The notes beneath the pieces are model-generated. The model saw only the letters and a program-made list of their open reading frames with translations, was not told the DNA's origin and ran no database searches. A stretch of 64,000 nucleotides of DNA from the IMG/VR virus record IMGVR_UViG_3300021431_000079, positions 101,007-165,006 of that record. One strand, written 5' to 3'. This DNA comes from a virus (Duplodnaviria; Caudoviricetes). A program made the translations under genes and the position numbers. Positions 1-10,330 of this stretch are shown here, one piece after another. The stretch's first letter is position 1. Every line of letters begins with the position of its first letter.

Positions 1-118
1 TGTGTTGACTGCAAAATAATTGATGCTAAAGAAGCCGCAAGATTAAGAAAGCTTAACAGAGGATTCTGCGGATATGATTGGATGGTCAACAGTATTATCT
101 ATAAAGATAGAATAGAAT

Positions 119-750
119 ATGCGAGGTACTAATATGCTTACTTGTGATCTTGAAAGTATCAATCTGGGTGCTGCTTGGCATAAAGCTGTTGGAGACAGAA
201 AGATCGTTGTTATCAATGGTGTTGGTGGATCTGGCAAAGACACTTTTGTATTTACGGTTACCGATCTTCTGAAGAAAATTATTAACCCCAGTTTATTTGC
301 AGATGATTCCGTTTCTATTGTAAAAACATCTCTACAATTGATTGCGTGAAACATGCGGCGATGAGATTAGGGTGGAAGTATGGCAACAAAGATGATAAGA
401 GCAGAAAGTTTCTGTCAGAAATAAAAAAGCTGTCTTGTGCTTATAATGATATGCCGTATCAGGATTGCAGACAGAAGATATATTTGGGTAATTACAAAAT
501 CTGTTTTGTGCATTGTAGAGAGCCAGAAGAGATTCAGAGATTTAAGGATGAATTCAATGCAACAACATTATTGATAACAAGACATAGTGTTGATATACCA
601 GATAATTCATCTGATCGAAATGTGTTTGATTTTGAATATGATATGTACATTAATAATGATGGCAGTTTTTCAGACTTAAAGAAGGAAGCAATTAAATTTA
701 TTAAGAATATGGGTATGGAAGAATGGATGGTGAACAAGATTGATGATTAA
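119..750 (+). pseudogene. P-loop nucleotide (dNMP-like) kinase split by a 1-nt frameshift
   Basis: Walker A GVGGSGKDT in ORF 119-349. One extra A in the A5 run at 322-326 would join it in frame (VKNISTIDCVKHAA) to ORF 346-750. Confidence 0.6.
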
Positions 751-946
751 GTTGTATTCGACTGGTTGCCCTAAGTGTAACGTTTTAAAGAAAAAGTTAG
801 AAATGAAGCACATCGAATATGAAGAAGATGGTGATGTTGACTTTTTATTAAAGAACGGCATTCAGCAAGTGCCGATTTTAGATGTGGATGGACAGTTATT
901 AAATTTCACAGAAGCGAATAAATGGATTAATAATTATAGAAACTAA
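740..946 (+). CDS. Glutaredoxin/NrdH-like redoxin
   Basis: CPKC and QVP motifs, 68 aa, directly upstream of nrdD. Confidence 0.85.
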   Translation: MMIKLYSTGCPKCNVLKKKLEMKHIEYEEDGDVDFLLKNGIQQVPILDVDGQLLNFTEANKWINNYRN

Positions 947-971
947 GAAAAGAGAGTTAAAATGATGCCTC

Positions 972-2921
972 ATGAAAATAGATATTAAATTGATTAAGAA
1001 TTTTGTATCACAATACAATAAATTACAAGCTGAATTTGGAACTGATATATCCGAATTAAATGGTTTTGGTGATGATCAGTTAAGTTATACGGACTTCATT
1101 GATAATTTTATTGATGAAGATACTGTAGCAAACTCAAGTATTGATGGCAATTCAAATGTTGCTCATAAAGATATTGTAACATTAGAGAGAGAAATGCCTA
1201 AGCCGCACTCAAAATTACTGGCATTTAATAAAATATATTATGAGATATCAAAAAAGTTTGGATTTAAAATCGCAAATGATTGGTTGAGGCTTGAGTGGAC
1301 TGGCTCTCTTTATATGCATGATGCACCGTCAAGTACATTCCGCTCATATTGTTTTGCCTATGATCTTAAAGACCTTGCTGAGAAGGGATTATACTTTATT
1401 GATGGACAGAATCCAGAACCCGCAAAGCACCTTACTACTTTTGTTGATTTTGTGAAAGAGTTTGTAAGCTTTGCTTGTAACAGGACAAGCGGCGCGGTGG
1501 GCTTGTCTAACATAATACCATATATGTATTATTTCTGGAAGAAGGATGTTGACAGTGATTATTTGGGTATCAAAACTTCACATAATGAGAAGTATTATGC
1601 AAGACAGAACTTCCAGAGATTTATCTATGCAGTCAATCAACCATATGTAAGAGACGGATCGCAGAGTGCCTTTACAAATACATCTGTGTTTGATCATGAA
1701 TATTTTGAAGCTTTATTTGGTGGTGCTGAGTTCCCTGACGGAACATTCATGATTGATTTCGAAGAAGAAATTATTGACTTCCAGAAATGGTATATGGAAG
1801 TTATGGCAGAAATCAGAAGCACGAATATGTTTACTTTCCCTGTTTCTACAATTTCTCTTCTTAGACAAAACCATAAATTTGTTGACGAGGATTTTGCCAA
1901 GTGGGCTGTTAAACATAATATGAAGTGGTCAGACAGCAATCTCTTTGTAGATAGTACAGTTAATTCATTAAGTAATTGCTGTAGGTTAAAAAGTAATATA
2001 GAAGATCTGGGGTATTTTAACAGTATCGGAGGAACTGCTTTAAAGGTTGGTTCAGTAAAAGTAAACACAATCAACCTCGCAAGACTCGCACTTGACTCAA
2101 AAAATGAGGACGAATACTTGGAAAATCTTCGGTATAGAGCATATGTGTGCTTATGTGCTTTGGATGCGGTAAGACATATCATCCAGAGAAATGTAGAGAA
2201 GGGCATTCTTCCTAATTTTACTTATGGCCTGATTGATTTTGAGCATCTTTATAACACAATAGGATTTTTGGGGATCTATGAAACCATGAAGAAGTTTGGT
2301 TATATTACAATTGATGAATTCGGAAATACTTTTTACACAGAAGAAGCATCAAAATTTGGCAAAAAGATTTTTGAAACCATAAGATCAACAGCCGATGAAT
2401 TCATCAAAGAATACAACTGCAACTATCAGATCAATACAGAACAAATTCCCGGAGAATCAGCGGCGGCAAAACTTATGAAGAAGGATAAGTTTTTTTATCC
2501 AAGAGCAAAGATTTATGATCTTCCGCTTTATGGAAATCAGTTTATCCCGCTTGGTGTAAAAACAACACTTCAAGAACGTGTAAGAATTCAAGCATTGTTT
2601 GACAGCTATTGCAATGGCGGTTCGATTCTTCATGCGAATATTGATGCACCATTTGATAGCTTTGAAAAAGCATGGAAAGTAACAGAGTATATCGCAGATC
2701 AAGGTGTTACATATTTTGCATTTAATACAAAAATTCAGGCTTGTAAAAACAATCACGCATTTTACGGAGATAAATGTCCAGTATGTGGTAATTCAGTAAG
2801 CACTGAATACACGAGAATTGTAGGATTTTACACACCAATTAAAACATGGTCTAAAGAAAGAACTGATGAATACAAGCTTCGCAGGTGGGAGCAGGTCAAC
2901 AAAACTTCGGAAGAAATATAA
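972..2921 (+). CDS. nrdD: Anaerobic (class III) ribonucleoside-triphosphate reductase, no obvious ATP cone
   Basis: SNCCRL catalytic cysteines, C-terminal CPVCG Zn site, RIVGFY glycyl-radical loop. Confidence 0.93.
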   Translation: MKIDIKLIKNFVSQYNKLQAEFGTDISELNGFGDDQLSYTDFIDNFIDEDTVANSSIDGNSNVAHKDIVTLEREMPKPHSKLLAFNKIYYEISKKFGFKIANDWLRLEWTGSLYMHDAPSSTFRSYCFAYDLKDLAEKGLYFIDGQNPEPAKHLTTFVDFVKEFVSFACNRTSGAVGLSNIIPYMYYFWKKDVDSDYLGIKTSHNEKYYARQNFQRFIYAVNQPYVRDGSQSAFTNTSVFDHEYFEALFGGAEFPDGTFMIDFEEEIIDFQKWYMEVMAEIRSTNMFTFPVSTISLLRQNHKFVDEDFAKWAVKHNMKWSDSNLFVDSTVNSLSNCCRLKSNIEDLGYFNSIGGTALKVGSVKVNTINLARLALDSKNEDEYLENLRYRAYVCLCALDAVRHIIQRNVEKGILPNFTYGLIDFEHLYNTIGFLGIYETMKKFGYITIDEFGNTFYTEEASKFGKKIFETIRSTADEFIKEYNCNYQINTEQIPGESAAAKLMKKDKFFYPRAKIYDLPLYGNQFIPLGVKTTLQERVRIQALFDSYCNGGSILHANIDAPFDSFEKAWKVTEYIADQGVTYFAFNTKIQACKNNHAFYGDKCPVCGNSVSTEYTRIVGFYTPIKTWSKERTDEYKLRRWEQVNKTSEEI

Positions 2922-3430
2922 TGAAACCAATAACAACAGAAATAACCGAAACCATAACAGTAAAAGGAATTATAGATGAGGACTTTATAAATTATAAGAG
3001 TCCGTCTATGACCATTATGTTTCCATATTGTACTTTTAAATGCGAGACAAATGAAGGTGTCCATTGTCATAATTCTTCATTGGTTAATGAGCCGAATATT
3101 AAAATAGCTATAAAAGATATTTACAAAAGATACGCTTCAAATCCAATAACAGAGGCTATTGTTTGCCAAGGACTTGAACCATTTGATTCATGGCAGGAGC
3201 TTAATGGATTGTTGTTTCATTTTAAGATACATGAGTCATGCCATGATATGTTTGTGATCTATACTGGTTATACCAAAGATGAGATTATGGATAAGGTGTC
3301 TTACATACAAGCAATGTACAGTAACGTGATTATAAAATACGGAAGATTTATTCCGAATAACAAAAAACATTTTGATGAAACGCTTGGTGTGTATTTAAGT
3401 AGTGATAACCAGTATGCAGAAAGAATATAA
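2921..3430 (+). CDS. nrdG: Anaerobic RNR activase
   Basis: Follows nrdD with TAATG overlap; CTFKC..CHN cluster motif, GLEP, YTGY, KYGRF, SDNQ. Confidence 0.85.
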   Translation: MKPITTEITETITVKGIIDEDFINYKSPSMTIMFPYCTFKCETNEGVHCHNSSLVNEPNIKIAIKDIYKRYASNPITEAIVCQGLEPFDSWQELNGLLFHFKIHESCHDMFVIYTGYTKDEIMDKVSYIQAMYSNVIIKYGRFIPNNKKHFDETLGVYLSSDNQYAERI

Positions 3431-3495
3431 AGATGTGTATGTCCATTATTATTTACAAAAGTACATATAAATGTATATAATAATGGACAACCATT

Positions 3496-3549
3496 AAGCC
3501 CAACATAATTAAGGTATAAAGTGTATTTTAATTGTGTTGGGCTTTTTTT
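3496..3549 (+). terminator. Rho-independent terminator after nrdG
   Basis: AAGCCCAACATAATTAA...TTAATTGTGTTGGGCTT followed by a T run. A second inverted repeat lies at about 3440-3489. Confidence 0.7.
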
Positions 3550-3569
3550 GACTTAAAATTAAAATGTGC

Positions 3570-3598
3570 TTGACAAAATAAGTTATATATGATATCAT
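3570..3598 (+). promoter_or_regulatory. SigA-type promoter
   Basis: TTGACA-17nt-TATCAT with TG extension, upstream of ORF 3643. Confidence 0.65.
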
Positions 3599-3642
3599 AC
3601 AACATATAAATAATATCAACGCACCAGAAAGGATGTTAAAAT

Positions 3643-4158
3643 ATGATAAAAATCAGATATGGAGTATTTGAAACTAATTCATCGTCCTGCCATTCTATTT
3701 CCTTTTCAAATAAATATAAACGAATCACTAAGAGCAAATTAAAATATGAGACAACAAAAGACAATGCAAAAGAGCTAAGAGATATTGTTAATGGCAATTA
3801 CGATCATAGCTTAGAAATTCCACTTGGAGAATTTGGGTGGGGAGTTCAAACATATAATGATTGTTATACAAAGTTACAGTATGCATTAACTATGGCTTAT
3901 GTAACAGAGTGTGGGTATTCGTCAAATGGACAGGGCTTTGAAGAAACAGATGGATACAAAAAGATTTTAGATTTGCTCAAAGAAGAAATTGGATGTGAGT
4001 TTTTGATTGTGAGTAATTTTGAAGATGGTTATATTGATCATCAGTCTTGTTACGATTACTCATCATTAGCTGATTTTCTAAGTGATTGGGGTGTATCACT
4101 GTACGACTTTATTTTTAATCCTTATGTAAAGCTTAATATAGACAACGACAATCACTGA
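3643..4158 (+). CDS. Conserved phage protein (IRxGVFETNSSSxHS motif)
   Basis: 171-aa ORF with RBS; N-terminal FETNSSS motif; immediately precedes the radical SAM gene. Confidence 0.7.
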   Translation: MIKIRYGVFETNSSSCHSISFSNKYKRITKSKLKYETTKDNAKELRDIVNGNYDHSLEIPLGEFGWGVQTYNDCYTKLQYALTMAYVTECGYSSNGQGFEETDGYKKILDLLKEEIGCEFLIVSNFEDGYIDHQSCYDYSSLADFLSDWGVSLYDFIFNPYVKLNIDNDNH

Positions 4159-4169
4159 TGGGAGGATAA

Positions 4170-5093
4170 ATGAAAAAGATATCTGACTACATGAATGGGA
4201 ATGTTCACATTACTCTGTATGATAATGGAACACGCATTATGGATTCTGGTGAGGATGATTATTTTGATTTTGCGTATCCAACCAATACAGATATAACAAT
4301 CACGAAAAAGTGTGATGGCAACTGTCCTTGGTGTTATCTTGGGTGTACGAAAAATGGTGAACACGCTGACTTAATGAGTTGGAAGTTTTTTGACACTATA
4401 CCATCTGGTATAGAGATGGCAATTAACCTTAATGATATGTCTCATCCTCAGCTTGAAGAGTTCCTACTTAAGATGAAGAATAAAAGCATCTTTGTCAATG
4501 GTACAATTAATGAGAAACATTTTCTTAAACACTATGACATAATTAAAAAATATGCAGATGAAGGATTACTTCATGGAGTCGGAATATCTCTTACAGATCC
4601 AACAGATGAATTTATTGATAAAGTCAGCACAATCCGCAATGCTGTTGTTCATATAGTCAATGGTCTCTTTACAAAAGATGATTACATAAAAACGTATAAC
4701 AAGAATCTTAAGCTTCTGATACTTGGATATAAGGATATTGGGAGAGGATATGGATTTCAGGTTGTTCATCAAGACGAAATTAAAGAGAACCAAGATTTCT
4801 TATATTCTATTCTCCCTGTTATGATGTTAGAGTATGATGTGATAAGTTTTGATAACTTAGCAATAGAACAATTAAAGATCAAGGATTTTGTTTCAAAAGA
4901 AGAGTGGGATAGGTTATATCAGGGTGATGATGGAACAAGTACATTTGCAATAGATCTTGTAGATGGAACATTCAGTAGAAACTCGATGGAGAGGAATAAG
5001 AAATACCCCATTTCAAATAGTATCACAGATATGTTTGATACGATTAAAAAAGAGAGGCTAAATGATCTTAATAAGGAATACAATCATTATTAA
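4170..5093 (+). CDS. Radical SAM protein
   Basis: CDGNCPWC (CxxxCxxC); GGAGG RBS. Confidence 0.85.
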   Translation: MKKISDYMNGNVHITLYDNGTRIMDSGEDDYFDFAYPTNTDITITKKCDGNCPWCYLGCTKNGEHADLMSWKFFDTIPSGIEMAINLNDMSHPQLEEFLLKMKNKSIFVNGTINEKHFLKHYDIIKKYADEGLLHGVGISLTDPTDEFIDKVSTIRNAVVHIVNGLFTKDDYIKTYNKNLKLLILGYKDIGRGYGFQVVHQDEIKENQDFLYSILPVMMLEYDVISFDNLAIEQLKIKDFVSKEEWDRLYQGDDGTSTFAIDLVDGTFSRNSMERNKKYPISNSITDMFDTIKKERLNDLNKEYNHY

Positions 5094-5147
5094 TATAGTC
5101 ATCCTTGTTCTTATTCGAATTTCTAAAGAACAGGAAGGAGTGTGCTA

Positions 5148-5315
5148 ATGAAGCCAAGAATGAAGACAATTAACACGGCAGGATGTTCAAAGTGCCAATA
5201 TTGCACTTTGGATGAATCAGATAAATCAAACATAAAAGTTAACTGCTCTGCACATGATAAAACATATACATATGGCAAACGAATAGAGTGTGAAGATTTC
5301 TTGAGAAGATCATAA
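5148..5315 (+). CDS. Small Cys-rich hypothetical protein (55 aa)
   Basis: AAGGAG RBS; hand translation MKPRMKTINTAGCSKCQYC... Confidence 0.6.
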   Translation: MKPRMKTINTAGCSKCQYCTLDESDKSNIKVNCSAHDKTYTYGKRIECEDFLRRS

Positions 5316-5325
5316 ATTAAAAGAC

Positions 5326-5661
5326 ATGAACAAAGATCAGCTTTTTGAATTTGAGTATTCTTTCTATGATAAATTGCAAATCTCATATAAGAAACGAGAT
5401 ACATTATTATATAGAAGAGAGTGTTTCCTGAAGCATCGTGATAAAATGAAGAGACTTGCTAATGATGTTTACTTGTGGATTCCAAGCGGATATTTAATCA
5501 GAAATAATAACGGTAAGGAATATGTAAAAAGATTCTATCGTGGACAGAGAAGCAGTTACTTAAAACAGATTGGAAATAAAGCAGTAAGAAGATATAAACA
5601 CTCGTTACCCAACAAAGGTGACTATAAAAAGGTGTTTGATTTTTGGTGGAGTTATTGGTGA
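5326..5661 (+). CDS. Hypothetical protein
   Basis: 111-aa ORF in the + strand operon. Confidence 0.6.
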   Translation: MNKDQLFEFEYSFYDKLQISYKKRDTLLYRRECFLKHRDKMKRLANDVYLWIPSGYLIRNNNGKEYVKRFYRGQRSSYLKQIGNKAVRRYKHSLPNKGDYKKVFDFWWSYW

Positions 5662-6899
5662 TGGAAGAAATGAATACAAATATTTACATACCGAAACGAA
5701 TAAATGTTGGATATCAAAATCGCACTGGTACATATACTGGTAAGCTTGCTTATGTTATTTATTATGATGAGCACAACAAACTCAGAAAAGAAGCATCGTG
5801 GAATAGTTGGAGAGACGAAAGCATTCCTAACGATGAGTACGACAACGAACCTATGGAGGGATTTGTATTAAATAAAAATGTGGGTGGCGTTCAGGACTCT
5901 TGGAGTCATTATGTAAGAAACTCATATGTTAGAATTTATGATCCGAGAGGGTTTGAGTTTGAAATCACTATTCCTAATCTCTTGTGGATACTTGAGAATT
6001 GCAACTGTATTAAGGGTAAGGGGCTTGAAGGTGAATTTGTTTACGGATGGGATGGTAAAGACTTGGTTCTCGTCCCAGTAGAATCACCAGACTATAAAGT
6101 CATTAAAGCACAAAGTGAGATAATCAATAAAGCAGAATACATCAAGTCATCAGATTTAATTATAGGTGCAACCTATCAGGGGAAAGATAGTAGCAGGTAT
6201 TATGTATATCTTGGGAGATTTGATGCATATAAGGAAAGTTGGAACAGTGTAACTTGGAATGGCATGTATAATCGTTCTACGTGGCATTATACAAAAGAAG
6301 ATGATGGTACATATCATAGTGATCCATTTGATCCGACAAGATACAAATACATAAATCGTGGAAAACATTATTGGTTTATGGAGTGTTCTAAATCAAAATA
6401 TTCTGATACCACTTATGAGTGTTTAACGCAGATTAAAAATATAAAAAACAGATTTATAAAATGTATTGATGATAAATGTAGCGAAAAATATATCGAATAT
6501 GTTAATAGAATGGAGACATCTAATGAATTTTCGCCTATTGATTTTGATAATGTTGTGATAGAAAAATTACCATATCAAACATTTGAAAAAATATTAATAA
6601 ATTTAAAATGTAATAGTCCGTATAGTAAGAGCTTTTATACATTAAATAAAGATCAGTTTGGATGCTACAAAAATATAAAAATCTTATATGGATATAATAC
6701 ATATTATTTTAAAAATCGTGGGTATTATATATCAGATGCTTATGAAAAAAATGTTCTTTTAGGAGATATTCCAGAAGATATTTCATTTAAAGAAGTATAC
6801 GATCGTGTGCAACCAATATATGGTATATATTATTTAAAGAATGGTAAAGAATATAAAAGAAAAGGATGGTATAACGAAGATGGCACAGCAAAACGATGA
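5661..6899 (+). CDS. Conserved hypothetical phage protein
   Basis: ORF of about 412 aa coupled to its neighbours; YDPRGFEFEI motif. Confidence 0.75.
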   Translation: MEEMNTNIYIPKRINVGYQNRTGTYTGKLAYVIYYDEHNKLRKEASWNSWRDESIPNDEYDNEPMEGFVLNKNVGGVQDSWSHYVRNSYVRIYDPRGFEFEITIPNLLWILENCNCIKGKGLEGEFVYGWDGKDLVLVPVESPDYKVIKAQSEIINKAEYIKSSDLIIGATYQGKDSSRYYVYLGRFDAYKESWNSVTWNGMYNRSTWHYTKEDDGTYHSDPFDPTRYKYINRGKHYWFMECSKSKYSDTTYECLTQIKNIKNRFIKCIDDKCSEKYIEYVNRMETSNEFSPIDFDNVVIEKLPYQTFEKILINLKCNSPYSKSFYTLNKDQFGCYKNIKILYGYNTYYFKNRGYYISDAYEKNVLLGDIPEDISFKEVYDRVQPIYGIYYLKNGKEYKRKGWYNEDGTAKR

Positions 6900-7296
6900 G
6901 AGAATTATGTCATTAAAGAAACAGATTGAAGAGAAGAAAGCTGAACTTGAAAAGCTCAAAACAAGATTTGTTCCTGAAACGAATTGTATGTTAGAGCTTG
7001 ATTCTGCGAGATATAATCTGCATACAATAACTGATCCTTGCAATCTGCTACTGCTACTTAAGCTTTCGTCTCTTATGATGGCGGCAGAGAAACTTGATAT
7101 CAACCCAGATGATGTTATGATCTCTGGCTATTCTTTATCGCTGTGGATAAATGACATTAAGAATAAAATGAAAGCAGACAAGTACAAGCTTGAAAAGAAT
7201 AATCTCAATAATATTGAAAAGCAGTTGACCGATTTATTATCAAGTGATAAACAGACGGAATTAAAAATTGACGCACTTGAGAGTCTGATTCATTAA
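6880..7296 (+). CDS. Coiled-coil hypothetical protein
   Basis: Overlaps the end of the upstream gene; heptad-rich. Confidence 0.65.
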   Translation: MAQQNDERIMSLKKQIEEKKAELEKLKTRFVPETNCMLELDSARYNLHTITDPCNLLLLLKLSSLMMAAEKLDINPDDVMISGYSLSLWINDIKNKMKADKYKLEKNNLNNIEKQLTDLLSSDKQTELKIDALESLIH

Positions 7297-7305
7297 GAGG
7301 TTATC

Positions 7306-7551
7306 ATGAATAGAGATACAAAAACAATTTTATTACCATACATCTATCAGGGATATCGTGGCAATGCAACATATGACGATATAGAAGATTTGTGGTTTGG
7401 AAAAGTGATCAATTCTGGTGTTGATCTCGTACCATATGAAGCAAAAACTCTTGATGGATTGCGTGAAGAATTCAAGAAAGCTGTAGACAACTATCTTGTC
7501 TTCCTGAAAGAGCTTGAAGAAAAACAAAAATTAGGAGAGCAGTTATGGTAG
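7306..7551 (+). CDS. HicB-like antitoxin domain protein (no HicA neighbour)
   Basis: YQGYRG..YD....FGKV...V.YEA.T...L.EEF..AVD.YL matches the HicB N-terminal pattern. Confidence 0.7.
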   Translation: MNRDTKTILLPYIYQGYRGNATYDDIEDLWFGKVINSGVDLVPYEAKTLDGLREEFKKAVDNYLVFLKELEEKQKLGEQLW

Positions 7552-7811
7552 AAAGACTATCTGGTGATTTTAATAGGGGCTATACAAAAGCAATTCTCGA
7601 TCTAATATCAACTGTCGATTATGTTTATGATGATTTGAGATTTCATCATAAAACGTTCAACTATTTAGTCCTAAAAAAGTTTCTTAAATGCTGTCTTGAC
7701 AACAGAGAAATGTTGAGAGATTCACAAATGACTGATTCAGGAAAGAATTGTATCAGATGGAATAAACGGTTAAACAATTTTGAATTTTACGAAGGAGAAT
7801 CAATACAATGA
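7545..7811 (+). CDS. Hypothetical protein
   Basis: 88-aa ORF with AGGAG RBS. Confidence 0.6.
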   Translation: MVERLSGDFNRGYTKAILDLISTVDYVYDDLRFHHKTFNYLVLKKFLKCCLDNREMLRDSQMTDSGKNCIRWNKRLNNFEFYEGESIQ

Positions 7812-8059
7812 AGAAGAAGTTATTAGTGTTATTACTATGTGGACTTATGTTGATAATGGGTTTTGCAGGATGCAACAGGTCTTTGTTTGATACCAAGTTT
7901 AAGTTTGATGAGGCTTATATTTATATGCCAGATGGAACAGTAATTCATGGTGAGGTTGAAAAGTGGAGAGACTTTGAAGATGGCGATCAGTTACAAGTTA
8001 CCATTGATGGAATTACTTATCTGACTCATGCAACAAACGTAGTTCTGATAGCACGATAA
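7808..8059 (+). CDS. Putative lipoprotein
   Basis: Basic N-terminus, hydrophobic stretch, lipobox FAGC. Confidence 0.7.
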   Translation: MKKKLLVLLLCGLMLIMGFAGCNRSLFDTKFKFDEAYIYMPDGTVIHGEVEKWRDFEDGDQLQVTIDGITYLTHATNVVLIAR

Positions 8060-8094
8060 CATAGTCAATATAAAACAGCGAGGAAATAGTAATA

Positions 8095-8622
8095 ATGAAT
8101 AAGAAGAAAATAATTTTATTGATGTTGTCTTTGATTGTTATCTTAATGGTCGGTTGTGATCCAAGTGGGTCAGCACAGGACTCTATGAATCAGAGAGCTG
8201 TTGCCAACTCTCTTGCTAAAAACCAGTCAACACCAACAGATATAAATTATTCGCTTGAAAGATATAATTTAATTCGTAGAGCATATTGGGTAAATGGTAT
8301 GCGTGAAAAGGCGAATACTTTGGTTTGTGAAATTCAAAAGCCCCTTGGTTACATTATTTTGTTCACAGAAGGTGGCGGTACTGTTGGAAGATTTGTTGTA
8401 GATGGTAAGATTACATCGCTAAATAGTTTTCTTACACCATCATATGACTATAATGGTAGCGAGCTTGCTGATGTAGATGGATCATACGGAGAAAATGATA
8501 GCGGTATTTTCTTCTTTACACCAGATGGGAAGTATATTGAATGGACAGGAATATATCTATACTCAGATATTCCTTTTGAAATTGATGATGTGAATGTCAT
8601 TGTTAAGGAGGCAGAAGAATGA
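8095..8622 (+). CDS. Putative lipoprotein
   Basis: Signal peptide with lipobox MVGC. Confidence 0.7.
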   Translation: MNKKKIILLMLSLIVILMVGCDPSGSAQDSMNQRAVANSLAKNQSTPTDINYSLERYNLIRRAYWVNGMREKANTLVCEIQKPLGYIILFTEGGGTVGRFVVDGKITSLNSFLTPSYDYNGSELADVDGSYGENDSGIFFFTPDGKYIEWTGIYLYSDIPFEIDDVNVIVKEAEE

Positions 8623-9041
8623 AGAGATCATTAAGAGACGTATTAACATTTTTGGGTACGATGGTAGCGCTTATCATCATCCTGTTTGTCATGTATATAA
8701 TCTTCACACCATCTGGAAGAGCACTGATCAATAATTACACTCATCTTATGAAAGAGGTGGATGATAAGACGCTTTATCAGACGAGAAAAGATGTAGAAGA
8801 TACATGCAGAAGTATGCAAGCGTCATATGAATCAGATAAGCTTGTGTGGCTACAATTCAAGGATAGTGATAACACAGAGAAACAAAACTGGGCTGATGCC
8901 GCAATGATTAGAGCAAATAAGACAGCCGCAGAATATAATAATTATGTTCTTAAGAATAGATATGTTTGGAAAGATAATATTCCTGCTGACATATATGTTA
9001 CAATGCAATATCTTGGAATGGAAGAAGAGGTAGAAAAATGA
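8619..9041 (+). CDS. Single-pass membrane protein
   Basis: N-terminal TM helix; ATGA overlap with the lipoprotein gene. Confidence 0.65.
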   Translation: MKRSLRDVLTFLGTMVALIIILFVMYIIFTPSGRALINNYTHLMKEVDDKTLYQTRKDVEDTCRSMQASYESDKLVWLQFKDSDNTEKQNWADAAMIRANKTAAEYNNYVLKNRYVWKDNIPADIYVTMQYLGMEEEVEK

Positions 9042-9232
9042 GAAAAACGAATAATAATCCTGTTGATGAAAAACTTTTGGTTACAACAAACGACCTTGCA
9101 GGTATGCTATCCTGTGGCCTTGTAACGGCTAAGAAGATTGGCGAAGAGTCAGGAGCAAGATTACAAGTAGGTGGAAGAGTTCTATATTCAGTAGAAAAAA
9201 TTAAGAAGTATATTGAGGAGAAAACACACTGA
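9038..9232 (+). CDS. Small excisionase-like winged-HTH protein
   Basis: LAGMLSCG..TA.KIG..SGAR..VGGRVLY pattern. Confidence 0.6.
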   Translation: MRKTNNNPVDEKLLVTTNDLAGMLSCGLVTAKKIGEESGARLQVGGRVLYSVEKIKKYIEEKTH

Positions 9233-9756
9233 TGATCACAACTAATGATGATTTTACACTTACTAAGGATTCACACAATGTTGATGCTTTATATATTAAG
9301 AAGCTATACAGCGATGCGATTGTTCCGACAAAAGGTACAGTATATTCTGCCGGATTTGACTTGTACGCACATAACATAAAGGATGTTATTGAAAATAAAG
9401 ATTATACAGACTTTAAGTATTTTACGATTCGACCTAATGAAACTGTTAAGGTTGGAACAGGAATTGCTTTAGAGATCCCTGAGAAATGTTTTGGTGGTAT
9501 CTTTGCAAGAAGTGGTCTTGCTACGAAACAAGGATTAAGGCCGAGCAACTGTGTAGGTGTTATTGATTCAGATTATCGTGGTGAGATTATAGTCGCACTA
9601 CATAATGACTCAGATAAACCACAGCAGATTAACTTTGGAGACCGCATTGCACAGTTAGTGCTTATCCCTTATTTGCTATCATATGTACAACTGGTAGATG
9701 ATCTTTCTGAAACAGATCGTGGTAATGGTGGCTTTGGAAGCACAGGAAGTAATTAA
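9232..9756 (+). CDS. dut: Trimeric dUTPase
   Basis: AGFDL, RSGL, GVIDSDYRGE, RIAQL and RGNGGFGSTG motifs. Confidence 0.96.
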   Translation: MITTNDDFTLTKDSHNVDALYIKKLYSDAIVPTKGTVYSAGFDLYAHNIKDVIENKDYTDFKYFTIRPNETVKVGTGIALEIPEKCFGGIFARSGLATKQGLRPSNCVGVIDSDYRGEIIVALHNDSDKPQQINFGDRIAQLVLIPYLLSYVQLVDDLSETDRGNGGFGSTGSN

Positions 9757-9762
9757 GAAAAG

Positions 9763-10092
9763 ATGAAAACTACAGAAGAATACATCGTAAGCAAAGGTTA
9801 CAAAGAGTATCCAACATCTGAATATGATTCACCATATGTTATAAAGAATTTTCAAAAAAGATTTACTGATAATAATGGTGCAAAATATTTTATTAATATA
9901 AGCAAATGGGATATAAAAATTGACTCAAGCGTGTTAAAAGATAGATATGAATTTTCATATAACATATATTTTATAGCATCAGATTGTGATAACCCAATTA
10001 AAATAGAACTATATGCAGGTTGGGAACTTGATGATGTTGAAAAACACATAGAAAAATTATGGAACACTGGACTGTATAAAAATGATGGCTGA
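9763..10092 (+). CDS. Hypothetical protein
   Basis: 109-aa ORF in the operon. Confidence 0.6.
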   Translation: MKTTEEYIVSKGYKEYPTSEYDSPYVIKNFQKRFTDNNGAKYFINISKWDIKIDSSVLKDRYEFSYNIYFIASDCDNPIKIELYAGWELDDVEKHIEKLWNTGLYKNDG

Positions 10093-10330
10093 CAGTTTTT
10101 GAGAAAGCGAGGAATAATATATGTCAGAAATAAAAATAGATTTTAATAAATTACTTTTGAAAGTATGGGACGAAACAGTTAGTGATCTAAGTGAGGCATT
10201 GTTCGGTTATCAAGTGATCCAGATAAAAGCAAAGAAAATAAAAATAGACTTAGAGATGAAATTAGTATAGCTTTTAGAAAATCCATGATAATAGATAAAT
10301 TAAAAGCATATATTAAAGAGGAAGACAATT

